Positions 1 to 10,682 are shown, counted from the first letter of the stretch. The stretch is 50,582 nucleotides of DNA from Gammaproteobacteria bacterium (GCA_041589735.1 JBFHVA010000001.1:1-50582), one strand, 5' to 3'. Numbers and translations: made by a program. Notes: a model not told the origin generated them from the sequence alone.

Positions 1-36
1 AAGTAGGGCCGCGCCTGCAGGAGTAAAGACAAAGCA

Positions 37-519
37 ATGCGTTACCCAATCTCAACATTTCGAGTGAAAGCCCTCGCGGTGGCGGCATCAGTTGTCGCTT
101 TCGCTCTGGGCGCCGCATCTCACGCAGCCGAGCCTACGGTGATCGAACTCACCCAGGTTGGGTGTCAGTTTATTGAAAGCGAGAACGGCATCAATCATGG
201 CTTCAAGACGACCCAGGCTTCCGATTGCGAGACCATTAACGAGCGCACTGGAGAGCAGCGGCTGAAAAGTGCCAAGGTGCTGCGCTTGAAGCCCGGTAAG
301 TACCTGTTCAAGGTGACCAATGAGAACGTTCCTTACCCCTTGGGCTTCTGGGTCCGAGGAGACGGCGTCCTCAATCGTGCGCGCTTGCCGAGCGTATCTG
401 GCGGCGGCCTTACAATGGGTAAGTCCAGGGACTACGAGATCGATCTCAAGCCCGGAGAGTACGTATATTCGTGCCCGCTCAATCCGACTCCGGACTATAA
501 GCTCGTCGTTTCGGGCTGA
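37..519 (+). CDS. secreted hypothetical protein with cupredoxin-like strand pattern (no obvious copper ligands)
   Basis: ATG at 37 with AGGAG about 13 nt upstream. Signal peptide ...AFALGAASHA/AEP. LKPGKYLFKVTN and LKPGEYVYSCPLNP resemble cupredoxin strands, but no Cys-His-Met ligand set is visible. Confidence 0.55.
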   Translation: MRYPISTFRVKALAVAASVVAFALGAASHAAEPTVIELTQVGCQFIESENGINHGFKTTQASDCETINERTGEQRLKSAKVLRLKPGKYLFKVTNENVPYPLGFWVRGDGVLNRARLPSVSGGGLTMGKSRDYEIDLKPGEYVYSCPLNPTPDYKLVVSG

Positions 520-613
520 GCCATTTTCGGTTTCGATCGGGATCACGCTACAGCCAACGGGGCGGGCCGGTTCGTTCGGTCCGCCTCAAATCGTTTGCAA
601 CATGGAGAGATCG

Positions 614-1096
614 ATGAAAAAGCTGATACAACTTTCGGCGCTGGTAGTGGTGATGAGCCTGGGGCTCGCTCCCGTTGGCGTGATTGCGGATAACCCGACT
701 CCTTATCCCGGCACTCGGATCATGAAAACGTCGCATTCTTACGGGACTCTGGTTCAACGTCTCGAAGAGGCGGTGAGCAAGAACAAGATGGGAATTGTTG
801 CCCGCGCCAGCGCGACTCTGGGCGCAAAGAGTATCGGCGTCACCATTCCCGGGAACATGGTGGTGATGGTCTACCATCCGAAATACGCGGTGCGCATGCT
901 CAACACGAGCGTTCCTGCCGGCATTGAGGCGCCGATTCGCTATTACATCACGGAGGATGCAGACGGTACGGCGACGCTGACCTACCGGACGCCCAGCAGT
1001 GTGTTCAACCCTTACGAAAACGCCGAGCTTGACCAGATGGCGAAAGAACTCGACGGCATATTTGAACGCATCGCCCAAGACGCCGTCGGCCAGTAG
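614..1096 (+). CDS. DUF302 domain protein with signal peptide
   Basis: Internal ATG (MKKLIQLSALVVVMSLGLAPVGVIA) of ORF 320-1096. Core MGIVARASATLGAKSIGVTIPGNMVVMVYHPKYAVRML...GIEAPIRYYITED fits the DUF302 pattern as I remember it. Confidence 0.7.
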   Translation: MKKLIQLSALVVVMSLGLAPVGVIADNPTPYPGTRIMKTSHSYGTLVQRLEEAVSKNKMGIVARASATLGAKSIGVTIPGNMVVMVYHPKYAVRMLNTSVPAGIEAPIRYYITEDADGTATLTYRTPSSVFNPYENAELDQMAKELDGIFERIAQDAVGQ

Positions 1097-1100
1097 GGCA

Positions 1101-1159
1101 GGCGTCCCCCGGCCACTGAGGGTCGCCGCCGGAAACAGGGCAGACCCTCGTGGGACGCC
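1101..1159 (+). other. nested inverted repeat / stem-loop between the DUF302 gene and the FHA-GGDEF gene
   Basis: GGCGTCCC (1101-1108) pairs with GGGACGCC (1152-1159). Inner GAGGGTC (1118-1124) pairs with GACCCTC (1143-1149). No T-tract follows. Confidence 0.35.
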
Positions 1160-1231
1160 GCCCGCCGGGATTCGGGAAGCTAAAGTATGGGCCGCGCCGG
1201 CCGATACCCAGCACGTATTCCGGAGAACTCA

Positions 1232-2188
<957 letters not shown>

Positions 2189-2321
2189 GTATACGCGCTT
2201 CCACTAGCTCTTCTGGTCGAATCCCGCTTCCGGACTTTGCGATTCCCGACGACGCACACGGGTTCTCGCCCGCGGATGAAGGCGATACGATACGCCGCCT
2301 GCACCTGAATTTTCTGGACAC

Positions 2322-2918
2322 ATGATCGATCCCTTGCGTCTTGTCGTCGGCATCAGTGGCGCTTCCGGTGTCATTTACGGCATCCGGTTGCTCGAGCTGC
2401 TTCAATCCACTGCGGTGGAGACTCACCTGGTGATGTCCAAGGCGGCGGAAATGACCATCAGCTACGAAACGGATCGAAAGACATCGGAAGTGAAAAAACT
2501 CGCCGATGTTTGTTACCCAGTCGGTGACATCGGTGCGTCCATATCCTCCGGATCGTTTCGCACCGAAGGAATGATCATTGCCCCCTGCTCGGTGCGCACC
2601 ATGTCGGAGATCGCCTCCGGCGTCACGTCGACATTGCTCACCCGTGCCGCGGACGTGGTGCTGAAGGAGCGCCGGCGGCTGGTGTTGCTGTTGAGGGAAA
2701 CACCGCTTCACGCGGGGCATTTGCGCACCATGCTGCAGGTGACCGAGATGGGCGCCGTCGTGATGCCTCCGGTGCCGGCGTTTTACGCCCGGCCCGCGAA
2801 TATCGACGAAATGGTTCAGCAGACACTCGGACGCGCCCTGGATCTTTTCGGCATCGATTCCGGAGTCGTGCGACGCTGGGGCGAGAAGAAGGGCAAGAAA
2901 CAGGGTGCTTCTAAATAA
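2322..2918 (+). CDS. ubiX: flavin prenyltransferase UbiX
   Basis: LVVGISGASGVIYGIRLLELL...THLVMSKAAE...MIIAPCSVRTMSEIASG...RRLVLLLRETPLH is the typical UbiX/Pad1 pattern. Length is 198 aa. Confidence 0.9.
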   Translation: MIDPLRLVVGISGASGVIYGIRLLELLQSTAVETHLVMSKAAEMTISYETDRKTSEVKKLADVCYPVGDIGASISSGSFRTEGMIIAPCSVRTMSEIASGVTSTLLTRAADVVLKERRRLVLLLRETPLHAGHLRTMLQVTEMGAVVMPPVPAFYARPANIDEMVQQTLGRALDLFGIDSGVVRRWGEKKGKKQGASK

Positions 2919-3822
2919 ATCGACAGCCGGATGTATAGGGGTCGTGTTGTTGATCGTTTCGGCGACAGCGGCGCCATGGATGCAGGCTCAGCAGTACGTT
3001 TTCGAACCGGTGGCGGTATCCGAAAGCGTGCTTTCCAGGCCTCATGACCTGATCCTCTCTGCCGACGGTCGCCAACTCCTGGTGGCGGATCTAGGCAATC
3101 ACGTGGTGCGGGTAATGGATGCAGAGACCCTCGCCGTTGTGGGTGAAATTGGATCGGGTGAGCTCTTGGCGCCCCACGACGTGGCCATGGATGACCGAGG
3201 GAGGCTGATGGTGGCGGACACGGGCAATAATCGGGTCGCCATATTCGAGCTGAGCGGGGTCACTGGACGTCTGGTGGACCAGCTCAGCGACGGACTCGGA
3301 CGGCCCGAGGGAGTCGTCCAGGGGCCGGATGGCCGGGTGTTCGTGACCAGCGTCGCCGGAAACCACATCACCGTCTTCAGCAACGGGCGCCGGGTCGCCC
3401 GTGCGGGCGGTCCTGGACGCGGTCCGAATCAATATAACCGGCCTCATGACATCGATGTCGACGACGCCGGGCGCCTCTTCGTCGCCGACCCCGGAAATAA
3501 CCGCCTGCAGGTGCTCTCCCCGGATCTCGGTTTCCAATTCAGTATTGGCGGCGCCCTGCCCTATGATTTCAATGAGCCCAAGTATTTCGCGCTGGATGAA
3601 CTTGGGAGGTTATACGTAGGCGATCAGTTCAATCACCGGGTTCTGGTATTCGATCGAAATCTGGCGCTTGTGGGTCAGATGGGCACGGGATCAGCGGGAG
3701 ATTCACCGAATCAGCTCAACGGTCTGGAGGGCGTTGTGGTGCGTGGGCGAGACGTTTGGATTGCTGATACCTACAACCACCGGATCGTGCGTTATCGAAG
3801 AAAAGACGGCGGCTCGAACTGA
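2905..3822 (+). CDS. NHL repeat-containing secreted beta-propeller protein
   Basis: GTG start overlaps the ubiX end by 14 nt. Signal peptide is present. Units such as VADLGNHVVRV, VADTGNNRVAIF, VADPGNNRLQV, VGDQFNHRVLVF and IADTYNHRIVRY recur. Confidence 0.8.
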   Translation: MLLNKSTAGCIGVVLLIVSATAAPWMQAQQYVFEPVAVSESVLSRPHDLILSADGRQLLVADLGNHVVRVMDAETLAVVGEIGSGELLAPHDVAMDDRGRLMVADTGNNRVAIFELSGVTGRLVDQLSDGLGRPEGVVQGPDGRVFVTSVAGNHITVFSNGRRVARAGGPGRGPNQYNRPHDIDVDDAGRLFVADPGNNRLQVLSPDLGFQFSIGGALPYDFNEPKYFALDELGRLYVGDQFNHRVLVFDRNLALVGQMGTGSAGDSPNQLNGLEGVVVRGRDVWIADTYNHRIVRYRRKDGGSN

Positions 3823-3934
3823 AAGGACGAATGCCGGCGGGAGGGCGATGAACGGGCACTGAATTCGCGCCCCCTCAATTTATTCCGGCGGAAAATTCCG
3901 CAGAGCGCAGCAGTCGGCGGTTCCTGCGGACGAT

Positions 3935-4423
3935 TCAATCGTTACGGATGGATCCGTTGGCGCGCTGATCCGGAGGCCTCGAAGACTCGCCTCCTTGGAT
4001 ATCTGACCTGGCGGAAACAAACTCAGGTTTTCCCGCCCAGCGGCGGATACCGTTGGCGGCGCCAAACACACGCGGATTGCTAATCATTCGCAGCACAAGG
4101 GTGTGCTTTCCGGGGAAGTCAATCAGGGCGAGGGCAATTAGAATTGTCAGCAGACCTTGCCCTGGAATGAAGAGCATGATGATTCCGGCAATTAGAAGCA
4201 CGGAACCCAGAACATTGCGTAAAATGATGAGCAAGAGAGCGATGACTGGATGCCGTCCGCTGAATGCTTTGGAATCTAGGCGGACGAAGAAATCCGCCGG
4301 AAGAACGATGAGTATCCAGGGAATCAGCAGTGCAGTTAAAACAAAGAGCACGATCGAGCCGAGTCCGAGCAGCCAGAACAGTTGCTCATGAGCCCTGAAA
4401 ATCTCGAATATAGCGTCGATCAA
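3935..4423 (-). CDS. small integral membrane protein (PGPGW-like)
   Basis: Several hydrophobic helices. MLFIPGQGLLTILIALALIDFPGK resembles the PGPGW family motif. The TTG start at 4423 is uncertain. Confidence 0.55.
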   Translation of the reverse strand: MIDAIFEIFRAHEQLFWLLGLGSIVLFVLTALLIPWILIVLPADFFVRLDSKAFSGRHPVIALLLIILRNVLGSVLLIAGIIMLFIPGQGLLTILIALALIDFPGKHTLVLRMISNPRVFGAANGIRRWAGKPEFVSARSDIQGGESSRPPDQRANGSIRND

Positions 4424-4530
4424 ACGTTTATCTCCCGCGAATAAATTCGCGGCCAGGTTCTCGTGGGATTGTATTAACCGATCTCACCACGCCGGCTCGT
4501 CTAAGGTGTAAATAGCGCAAACAACAAAAC

Positions 4531-5361
4531 ATGAATGACGTTTCCCTGCTGACATCAAAGCCGACGCCACGGCCTGGTGAGGGCGCGGCGCGATCCGCTA
4601 TGCGACATAGGCTTCATATACTCAATTACAACATACAGGCTGGCATGGCGTCGCGGCGCTACGCGGATTATCTACTGCACAGCTGGAAGTATTTTTTGCC
4701 GCATCAGAACCGCTGGCGCAATTTCGATGCCATGGCGCACCGGCTCAAGCACTATGATGTAGTCGCGCTTCAGGAGACCGATCCCGGCAGCTTGCGCACT
4801 GGATTTGATAATTTCACCGAATATTTAGCCAGGCGTGCCGGCTTTCCGTATTGGTTCGAGCAAATCAACCGTGAGGTGGGCAGCCTGTCCAAGCACGGCA
4901 ATGCCATCCTTTGCCGGGATCGTCCTTTTGACGTGGTGGATCACAAGCTGCCGGGAATACGCGGCCGCGGCGCGCTTATAACGCAGTTCGGCCGGCCGAG
5001 AACGGGTCTTGCGGTCATCTCAGTGCACCTCGCGCTGGGAAGGCGGCCGCGGCTGCTGCAGATGCAGAGCCTTTGTGAATGTGTCAAAGAGTACAGTCAC
5101 GTCGTCTTGATGGGAGACTTCAACTGCGAGCTGAACAGCCGGGAGATGCGCATGCTTTGTTCTTCGACGGGATTGCGCGCCCCGCGGAAGACCGGAGACA
5201 CCTTTCCGAGCTGGCGGCCCAGGCGCCGGATCGACCACATCCTGGTGACTCCGGGGATCAGTATCGTAAAAGCCACCACCCTGGCCTGGAACTACTCCGA
5301 CCATCTGCCCGTGGATATGCAGATCGAGCTGCCAAAAGAGGTGGAGCTCGAGCTGAATTGA
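4531..5361 (+). CDS. endonuclease/exonuclease/phosphatase (EEP) family protein
   Basis: LHILNYNIQAG...VVALQETD...VLMGDFNC...IDHILV...SDHLPV are canonical EEP motifs. Confidence 0.85.
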   Translation: MNDVSLLTSKPTPRPGEGAARSAMRHRLHILNYNIQAGMASRRYADYLLHSWKYFLPHQNRWRNFDAMAHRLKHYDVVALQETDPGSLRTGFDNFTEYLARRAGFPYWFEQINREVGSLSKHGNAILCRDRPFDVVDHKLPGIRGRGALITQFGRPRTGLAVISVHLALGRRPRLLQMQSLCECVKEYSHVVLMGDFNCELNSREMRMLCSSTGLRAPRKTGDTFPSWRPRRRIDHILVTPGISIVKATTLAWNYSDHLPVDMQIELPKEVELELN

Positions 5362-5534
5362 AGCGGTTACGCGTAACGTGGACTGCAGCAATCAGGGAAG
5401 TCCGCTGAAGGAGCGGGCCTTGGCCGCGAATCTTTAAATCAGGTGTTTTGGAGAACTGCCTTCAATTAACCTGCGTCTGGTGTCTCCATTGCGTTCAGCG
5501 GTGTCCGGTTTACTTTTTGCCGCCAGCCTCGAAC

Positions 5535-6998
5535 CTACAAATACGGCGAGAACAGCCAGGCCACCGCATCCCTCGTGCGTACCGGCAGCGACCGACTGTC
5601 AAGTTCGTCGAGCGTAATCTTCCGGGAGCGACGCTGGATCGATTCCGTGTAATCCAGCAACCGTTGAACCAGCCCACGATCAAAGACTTCCACGTTGAGC
5701 TCGAAATTCAGTCTCAGGCTGCGGGGGTCGAGGTTGGCCGAACCCACCTGGGCATAGAAATCGTCGATTATAAAGAGCTTGGTGTGGGCGAAAGGGGGAG
5801 GCTGATAATAGGCATTAATGCCGAATTCGATCATCTCCCAAAGCATTTTTCTCGTCGCCCAGTGGACATACGGCAGATTGTTCTTCTCCGGCATGATGAT
5901 GGTGACACCCGCGCCTCTGAGTGAAGCTGACTGCAGCGCACCGATCATCTCTCGTGAAGGAAGGAAATAGGGTGTGACGATAACCACCCGCCGCCGTGCT
6001 GAGGAAATCGCTCCGACGAGAATAGTCGCGAGGGTGTTGAAGTCCTCGTTCGGGCCCTCGGCTATGGCGCGGCACATGGCGGTGGCCTGCGACTTCGTGG
6101 ATCTCGCGGACCAGTCGTACGGTGCCCACGGCGGAGTCTTGTCACCAGTGCAGAAGTGCCAGTCATCCAGAAAGGTATGTTCGAGCTGGCCGACAACGGG
6201 CCCCTCAAAACGGAAATGAATGTCGCGGGTGCGCGCCGGTGGCTCCGGTGACTGTGCCAGGTGACGGTCGGCGATGTTCATGCCGCCGGTGAAGCCGATC
6301 CTGCCGTCGACGATGAGCAGCTTTCGGTGATTTCTAAGGTTGATATAAAGCGTTGGCGGGATGAGTTTAGGAGGAAGAAAGCGCGCCAGACGGACGCCTC
6401 GTTGTTTGAGCGTTCGTCCAACGCGCCGCGGCAAGCCGTAGAATTCTCCGACGCCGTCGACGATCGCGCGTACGTCGGCGCCGCGACTTACGGCGTTGCC
6501 CAATGATTCGACAAAACGCATGCCGGATTCGTCCCGCTGAAAGATGTAGCTCGAAAGCAGGACGAAGTTTTGTGCCGAATCAATGGCGCGCAGCATATCG
6601 GGGTACGCCGATTCACCGTCTGCCAGCGGCGAAATGACGTTCCCCGAAACCAGCGGATGGTGGGCCACCGCGTCCGCGGTACGAGCGATGTTCTGATAGT
6701 CGTCGGGAAGGGTTTCGTAGGACACTTCGAACGGCGCCAGTCGAGCTATTCGATTCTCATCCAGATCGATCCTGAAGGATCGCTCCTCCTCCAGTTTCTT
6801 GGCGCGGGTTCGAATGCGGTTGATACCGAAAAACGCGTAAAGCAGCGGCCCCGCGATCGGAAATAGCAGGCAGATGGCGACCCAGGCAAATGCGGATCTG
6901 GGGTCGCGCTTGAACAACAGCGCGTGCACCGCCGTGGTCAACGCCACTGCCGAGATCAGCAGCAGGATCAGCCATTGACTTGCCGACATACCGAACAT
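5535..6998 (-). CDS. cls: cardiolipin synthase (two PLD/HKD motifs)
   Basis: Two N-terminal TM helices. HKD motifs are HRKLLIVDG...GGMN and HTKLFIIDD...GSANLD. Start chosen at MFGMSASQW; the upstream ATG at 7076 is also possible. Confidence 0.9.
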   Translation of the reverse strand: MFGMSASQWLILLLISAVALTTAVHALLFKRDPRSAFAWVAICLLFPIAGPLLYAFFGINRIRTRAKKLEEERSFRIDLDENRIARLAPFEVSYETLPDDYQNIARTADAVAHHPLVSGNVISPLADGESAYPDMLRAIDSAQNFVLLSSYIFQRDESGMRFVESLGNAVSRGADVRAIVDGVGEFYGLPRRVGRTLKQRGVRLARFLPPKLIPPTLYINLRNHRKLLIVDGRIGFTGGMNIADRHLAQSPEPPARTRDIHFRFEGPVVGQLEHTFLDDWHFCTGDKTPPWAPYDWSARSTKSQATAMCRAIAEGPNEDFNTLATILVGAISSARRRVVIVTPYFLPSREMIGALQSASLRGAGVTIIMPEKNNLPYVHWATRKMLWEMIEFGINAYYQPPPFAHTKLFIIDDFYAQVGSANLDPRSLRLNFELNVEVFDRGLVQRLLDYTESIQRRSRKITLDELDSRSLPVRTRDAVAWLFSPYL

Positions 6999-7131
6999 CG
7001 TCGTCGCCCGATTTGAAAGATATCGTCGATAGCGTACTGCAAGGAGCGGGCAGAGCGTACCCGAGGAGCGTGTCATTCAGGACACGGTGTAGATTACCTC
7101 GTGATTCGGAGGCCCTCGAACGCATCGAATC

Positions 7132-7157
7132 AAAAAAAACGCCGCCCGAAGGCGGCG
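7132..7157 (-). terminator. Rho-independent terminator downstream of the 7184-7801 gene
   Basis: Minus strand reads GCGCCGCC-TTCG-GGCGGCG followed by T8 (A8 at 7132-7139 on the plus strand). Confidence 0.7.
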
Positions 7158-7183
7158 CTTTCAACTTGACGCAGTAGGAGAGT

Positions 7184-7801
7184 TCAGCTCACCTTTCGCC
7201 AGGTGCCGTCCGGTTGGCGGCAGGCGCGGCCTTCGAGCGTTTCTATCTCGTTACCGATGATTACCCGGGTGACATAACCCCTGCAAAATTGCCCGTTCAT
7301 CTCGTAAATTCCCGTCGGGGCGACGTTGTACCGCGCGCCGGTATCCGGATTCGTCCAGCTCACGGCCTGGTAATCGTCGGCCCGCTCGATCGCTTGCCCG
7401 GTGCACGCCTGGTCGATCTGGTCCATGTGCGCACCGATGCTCTTGCCCACCAGCACGCCGACGATGGTACCGGCCACCGCGGCCGCGATCTGTCCGTCGC
7501 CTTTCCCGACTTGCGATCCGGCCAGGCCTCCGACAGCGCCACCAATCAGCGCGCCCACAGCCTCGCGGTTGCAGGTGCTTTGAGAAATCCCGTACTCGCG
7601 TGATTTTTGCACGTACGCGGCTTCGTCGTACTGGTTATGGCGCGCCTTGAACTTATGCTTGTTTTTATGTTTGGCGCGGTAGCCGTGGGCGGGCGCCCAC
7701 GGTGGCGGATCGGCCCAGCTCACCGGTGGCGCGGCGAGGAGAAGCGCGGCGCCGACGACGACGGACTTTAAGATCCCCTGGACTCGTTTCCTTGAAGACA
7801 T
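7184..7801 (-). CDS. glycine-zipper / 17 kDa surface antigen family outer-membrane protein
   Basis: Start at MSSRKRV... with a signal peptide (LLLAAPPVSWA). Glycine zipper GALIGGAVGGLAGSQVGKGDG...AGTIVGVLVG. C-terminal W-N-PDTG...CR...G.ACRQPDGTW pattern. Confidence 0.7.
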   Translation of the reverse strand: MSSRKRVQGILKSVVVGAALLLAAPPVSWADPPPWAPAHGYRAKHKNKHKFKARHNQYDEAAYVQKSREYGISQSTCNREAVGALIGGAVGGLAGSQVGKGDGQIAAAVAGTIVGVLVGKSIGAHMDQIDQACTGQAIERADDYQAVSWTNPDTGARYNVAPTGIYEMNGQFCRGYVTRVIIGNEIETLEGRACRQPDGTWRKVS

Positions 7802-7958
7802 TTCACTGGCCTCTGGTGCCTTGACCGGATTTATCATAAGTAAAATCCTAGTCTCAAATTCGTGAGCGGCCACGCCCAACCGGGAAGGGTTATGTGAATT
7901 CCGTCACACTCTCCGCAATATTGACGGATCGCGCTCCGCCGGGTTCGCGGGCAGGCCG

Positions 7959-8600
7959 TCAGACGGCGACCGGACTGGCCACCCCGGTGCCGCCAAGCCC
8001 GCAATATCCGGACGGATTTTTCGCCAGATATTGTTGGTGGTAGTCCTCGGCGTAGTAAAACTCCGGCGCCTCGATGATTTCCGTGGTTATAGGACCGTAA
8101 CCCCGTTTCGCCAGCGCTCGCTGGTAGGCATCGCGCGAGGCCGTCGCCTCGGTTTTCTGCGCCTCTGAGTAAGTATAGATACCGGATCGGTACTGGGTGC
8201 CTACGTCGTTGCCTTGGCGCATGCCCTGGGTCGGGTCGTGGGACTCCCAGAACACCTTCAGCAGCGAGGCGTAATCGATGTTCGCAGGCTCGAAGACCAC
8301 GCGGACCACTTCGTTGTGCCCCGTGCGGCCGCTGCAGACCTCCTCGTAGCTGGGATTGGGGGTGAATCCGCCGGCGTAGCCGACGGCGGTGACATAAACC
8401 CCTTCGGACTCCCAGAAACAGCGCTCGGCGCCCCAGAAACATCCGAGGCCGAAAAGCGCCATCTCCATCCCCCCGGGATACGGGGGCTTGAGCGGGCGAC
8501 CGCTGACGAAGTGGCGCTCCGGGACCGGCATCGGTGTGTCGCGGCCGGGAAGGGCGTCTTCAGGGGCCGGCATGACGGTTTTTTTTGTAAACAGAAACAT
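7959..8600 (-). CDS. msrA: peptide-methionine (S)-S-oxide reductase MsrA
   Basis: MFLFTKK...[14 protein letters not shown]...[16 protein letters not shown] is nearly colinear with E. coli MsrA, including the GCFWG active site. Confidence 0.95.
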   Translation of the reverse strand: MFLFTKKTVMPAPEDALPGRDTPMPVPERHFVSGRPLKPPYPGGMEMALFGLGCFWGAERCFWESEGVYVTAVGYAGGFTPNPSYEEVCSGRTGHNEVVRVVFEPANIDYASLLKVFWESHDPTQGMRQGNDVGTQYRSGIYTYSEAQKTEATASRDAYQRALAKRGYGPITTEIIEAPEFYYAEDYHQQYLAKNPSGYCGLGGTGVASPVAV

Positions 8601-8889
8601 GGAAAAAGCTCCCGAATCGACGGACCCGTACCAGTGTCCCTCCTGAGAAGGACCGCCTCAAGAGGCGAGAGCCGGGCCATGTTGCGTTGCAAAATTCTCT
8701 TGCCATGAGACAACGACGTCCTGAGCGCGTTCACTACTGGCGTTGTGCTTGTTTGACGCCGGTTCAGGGCTCACCCTTGGCGCCGCCGTCGGGCGACCTG
8801 CTGGCGCGCGTCGCCGAGGCGAATTCCCGTCGCCTTTTGCGTAAACTGAATGCTCGTCCGTTTAGGTGCCCAAGCGCCCAGGTGCCGGA

Positions 8890-10272
8890 ATGAATTACTA
8901 CCAGAATGTCCTCGACCTCGTGGGAAGAACACCGCTGGTCAGGCTCAACAAGCTCGCCTCAGCGGGCTCGGCGACGGTGCTCGCTAAGATGGAAAACCTT
9001 AACCCGGGCGGGTCGGTAAAAGATCGTATGGCGGTGAACATGGTGCAGCGCGCGGAGGAAGCCGGTCTCATCAAGCCGGGCGCGACGCTGGTTGAGAGCA
9101 CCTCGGGCAATACCGGACTCGGACTCGCGATGACCGCGGCGGTAAAAGGATACCGCTGCATCTTCACCATGCCGGACAAGATGAGCAAAGAGAAAATTGA
9201 CATGCTCAAGGCATACGGCGCTGAAGTCATCGTCACTCGAACCGATCTTCCCCACGACCACCCGGAAAGTTACGTCGAGGTTGCCAAGCGCATCGCCCGT
9301 GAAACGCCGTCAGGCTTTTACACCGACCAGTACTACAACATGAGCAACCCGGAAGCCCACTATCTCACTACCGGGCCCGAAATCTGGGAGGACACGAACG
9401 GTCAAATCGATTGCCTCGTGGGCGGCATCGGAACCGGCGGAACAATTTCGGGCGCAGGCAAATACCTCAAAGAGAAAGCCGCGGAGGCCGGACGCAAGTT
9501 ACGAATCGTTTGCCCTGACCCAGAGGGCAGCATTTACAAGGATGAGTTCTACAAAGGAAGCTCCGGGGAACCGGGCATCTACCGGGTCGAAGGTATCGGC
9601 CACGATTTCATGGTGGGCACCCTGGACTTAACGATCATCGACGAAATATTCAACGTTTCTGATCGGGACTCCTTTATCACCGCCAGGCGACTCGCGCGTG
9701 AAGAGGGCATTTTCTGTGGAGGCTCTACCGGGACTGCCGTCTACGGCGCGCTCAAGGTCGCCAAAGAACTGGGCCCAGAAAAGCTGGTGGTGGTAATACT
9801 CTGTGATTCCGGCGACCGTTATTTGAGCAAATGCTACGATGACGAGTGGATGAAAGACATGGGCTTCCTCGGGCCGGAGCAACGGCTTGGCACGGTGCGC
9901 GAGGTGCTGCAGTTCAAGGGCGACAAAGTGGAAGTCGCGGAGCCAAACGAAACGCTTGCCAGCGTTGCAAAAAGAATGTCGGAGCTTGGGATCTCTCAGA
10001 TGCCGGTCAAGGCAAAAGAGAATGGCGCCAGATTGCTCATGATCCATGAGGTGGATCTACTGCAGAGTCTGGTAAGCGGGCAGTGCACGCCCGAAGATAC
10101 GGTAATGAAAACCGCCAAGCCGCTCGAGGGCCAGGTGTCCATGGACGATCCGCTGACCCGCGTGCAGACCGTGTTTGATCAAAATAACGTTGCGGTCGTA
10201 ATTTCCGAAGGCGCCGTTGCCGGCATCATCACTAAGATCGACGTGGTGGAGTTTCTGGCGGCGCGCAGGTGA
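8890..10272 (+). CDS. cystathionine beta-synthase-type PLP enzyme (Cys synthase fold plus C-terminal CBS pair)
   Basis: LNPGGSVKDRMA (PLP lysine), STSGNTGLGLA and GIGTGGTISG are present. The C-terminal ~130 aa forms two CBS repeats. ATG at 8890. Confidence 0.88.
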   Translation: MNYYQNVLDLVGRTPLVRLNKLASAGSATVLAKMENLNPGGSVKDRMAVNMVQRAEEAGLIKPGATLVESTSGNTGLGLAMTAAVKGYRCIFTMPDKMSKEKIDMLKAYGAEVIVTRTDLPHDHPESYVEVAKRIARETPSGFYTDQYYNMSNPEAHYLTTGPEIWEDTNGQIDCLVGGIGTGGTISGAGKYLKEKAAEAGRKLRIVCPDPEGSIYKDEFYKGSSGEPGIYRVEGIGHDFMVGTLDLTIIDEIFNVSDRDSFITARRLAREEGIFCGGSTGTAVYGALKVAKELGPEKLVVVILCDSGDRYLSKCYDDEWMKDMGFLGPEQRLGTVREVLQFKGDKVEVAEPNETLASVAKRMSELGISQMPVKAKENGARLLMIHEVDLLQSLVSGQCTPEDTVMKTAKPLEGQVSMDDPLTRVQTVFDQNNVAVVISEGAVAGIITKIDVVEFLAARR

Positions 10273-10292
10273 CGGGCGCGCCCGATCGGAGT

Positions 10293-10682
10293 TCAGTTAA
10301 GCTCGAGACACTCTTCGACGAAGTTTTCGAGCGCAAGCCTCGACGATTCTGAGATTTTATAAATTTGCAGGCCGACGCGGTATTCCTGCTCTGAGACGCG
10401 CCTCGAGAATACCGCGCTGCACTCGGCTTCGAACTGCTCGGGCTCCTGGCCGGAGTGGCTCAGCCGGAGCTTCAACAGCACTTTCGGAGGCTTGGTTGGG
10501 CGGGACAGACCCGGGCCACCGAATATCTCTCGAACGGTGATTCCGTCGCAAAGGAGTTGAACGCCCCCTTTGGAGACGTCGTAGGTGGATGCGAACAATG
10601 TCTTGTCTCCCGGGGCGATGATTTCGACCGGCAGACTTTTCTTGATCCGAGGATAGTCGCGCTTGTATTCGCTCATCGGCAC
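10293..10682 (-). CDS. single-domain PilZ protein (predicted c-di-GMP receptor)
   Basis: RDYPR (RxxxR) is followed by DVSKGG (DxSxxG). Length is 129 aa. Confidence 0.75.
   Translation of the reverse strand: MPMSEYKRDYPRIKKSLPVEIIAPGDKTLFASTYDVSKGGVQLLCDGITVREIFGGPGLSRPTKPPKVLLKLRLSHSGQEPEQFEAECSAVFSRRVSEQEYRVGLQIYKISESSRLALENFVEECLELN

Noticed and set aside
8601-8889. Possible SAM/SAH-type riboswitch in the 289-bp msrA / cystathionine-beta-synthase divergent region
   Set aside because: I could not recognise any SAM-I, SAM-II or SAH consensus elements by eye. Only generic GC hairpins and a short direct repeat (AGGTGCC twice) are present. An Rfam scan would settle it.
10273-10284. 12-bp palindrome CGGGCGCGCCCG between the convergent CBS-type and PilZ genes as a terminator
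   Set aside because: It has no loop and no T-tract, and such GC palindromes are common by chance at this GC content.
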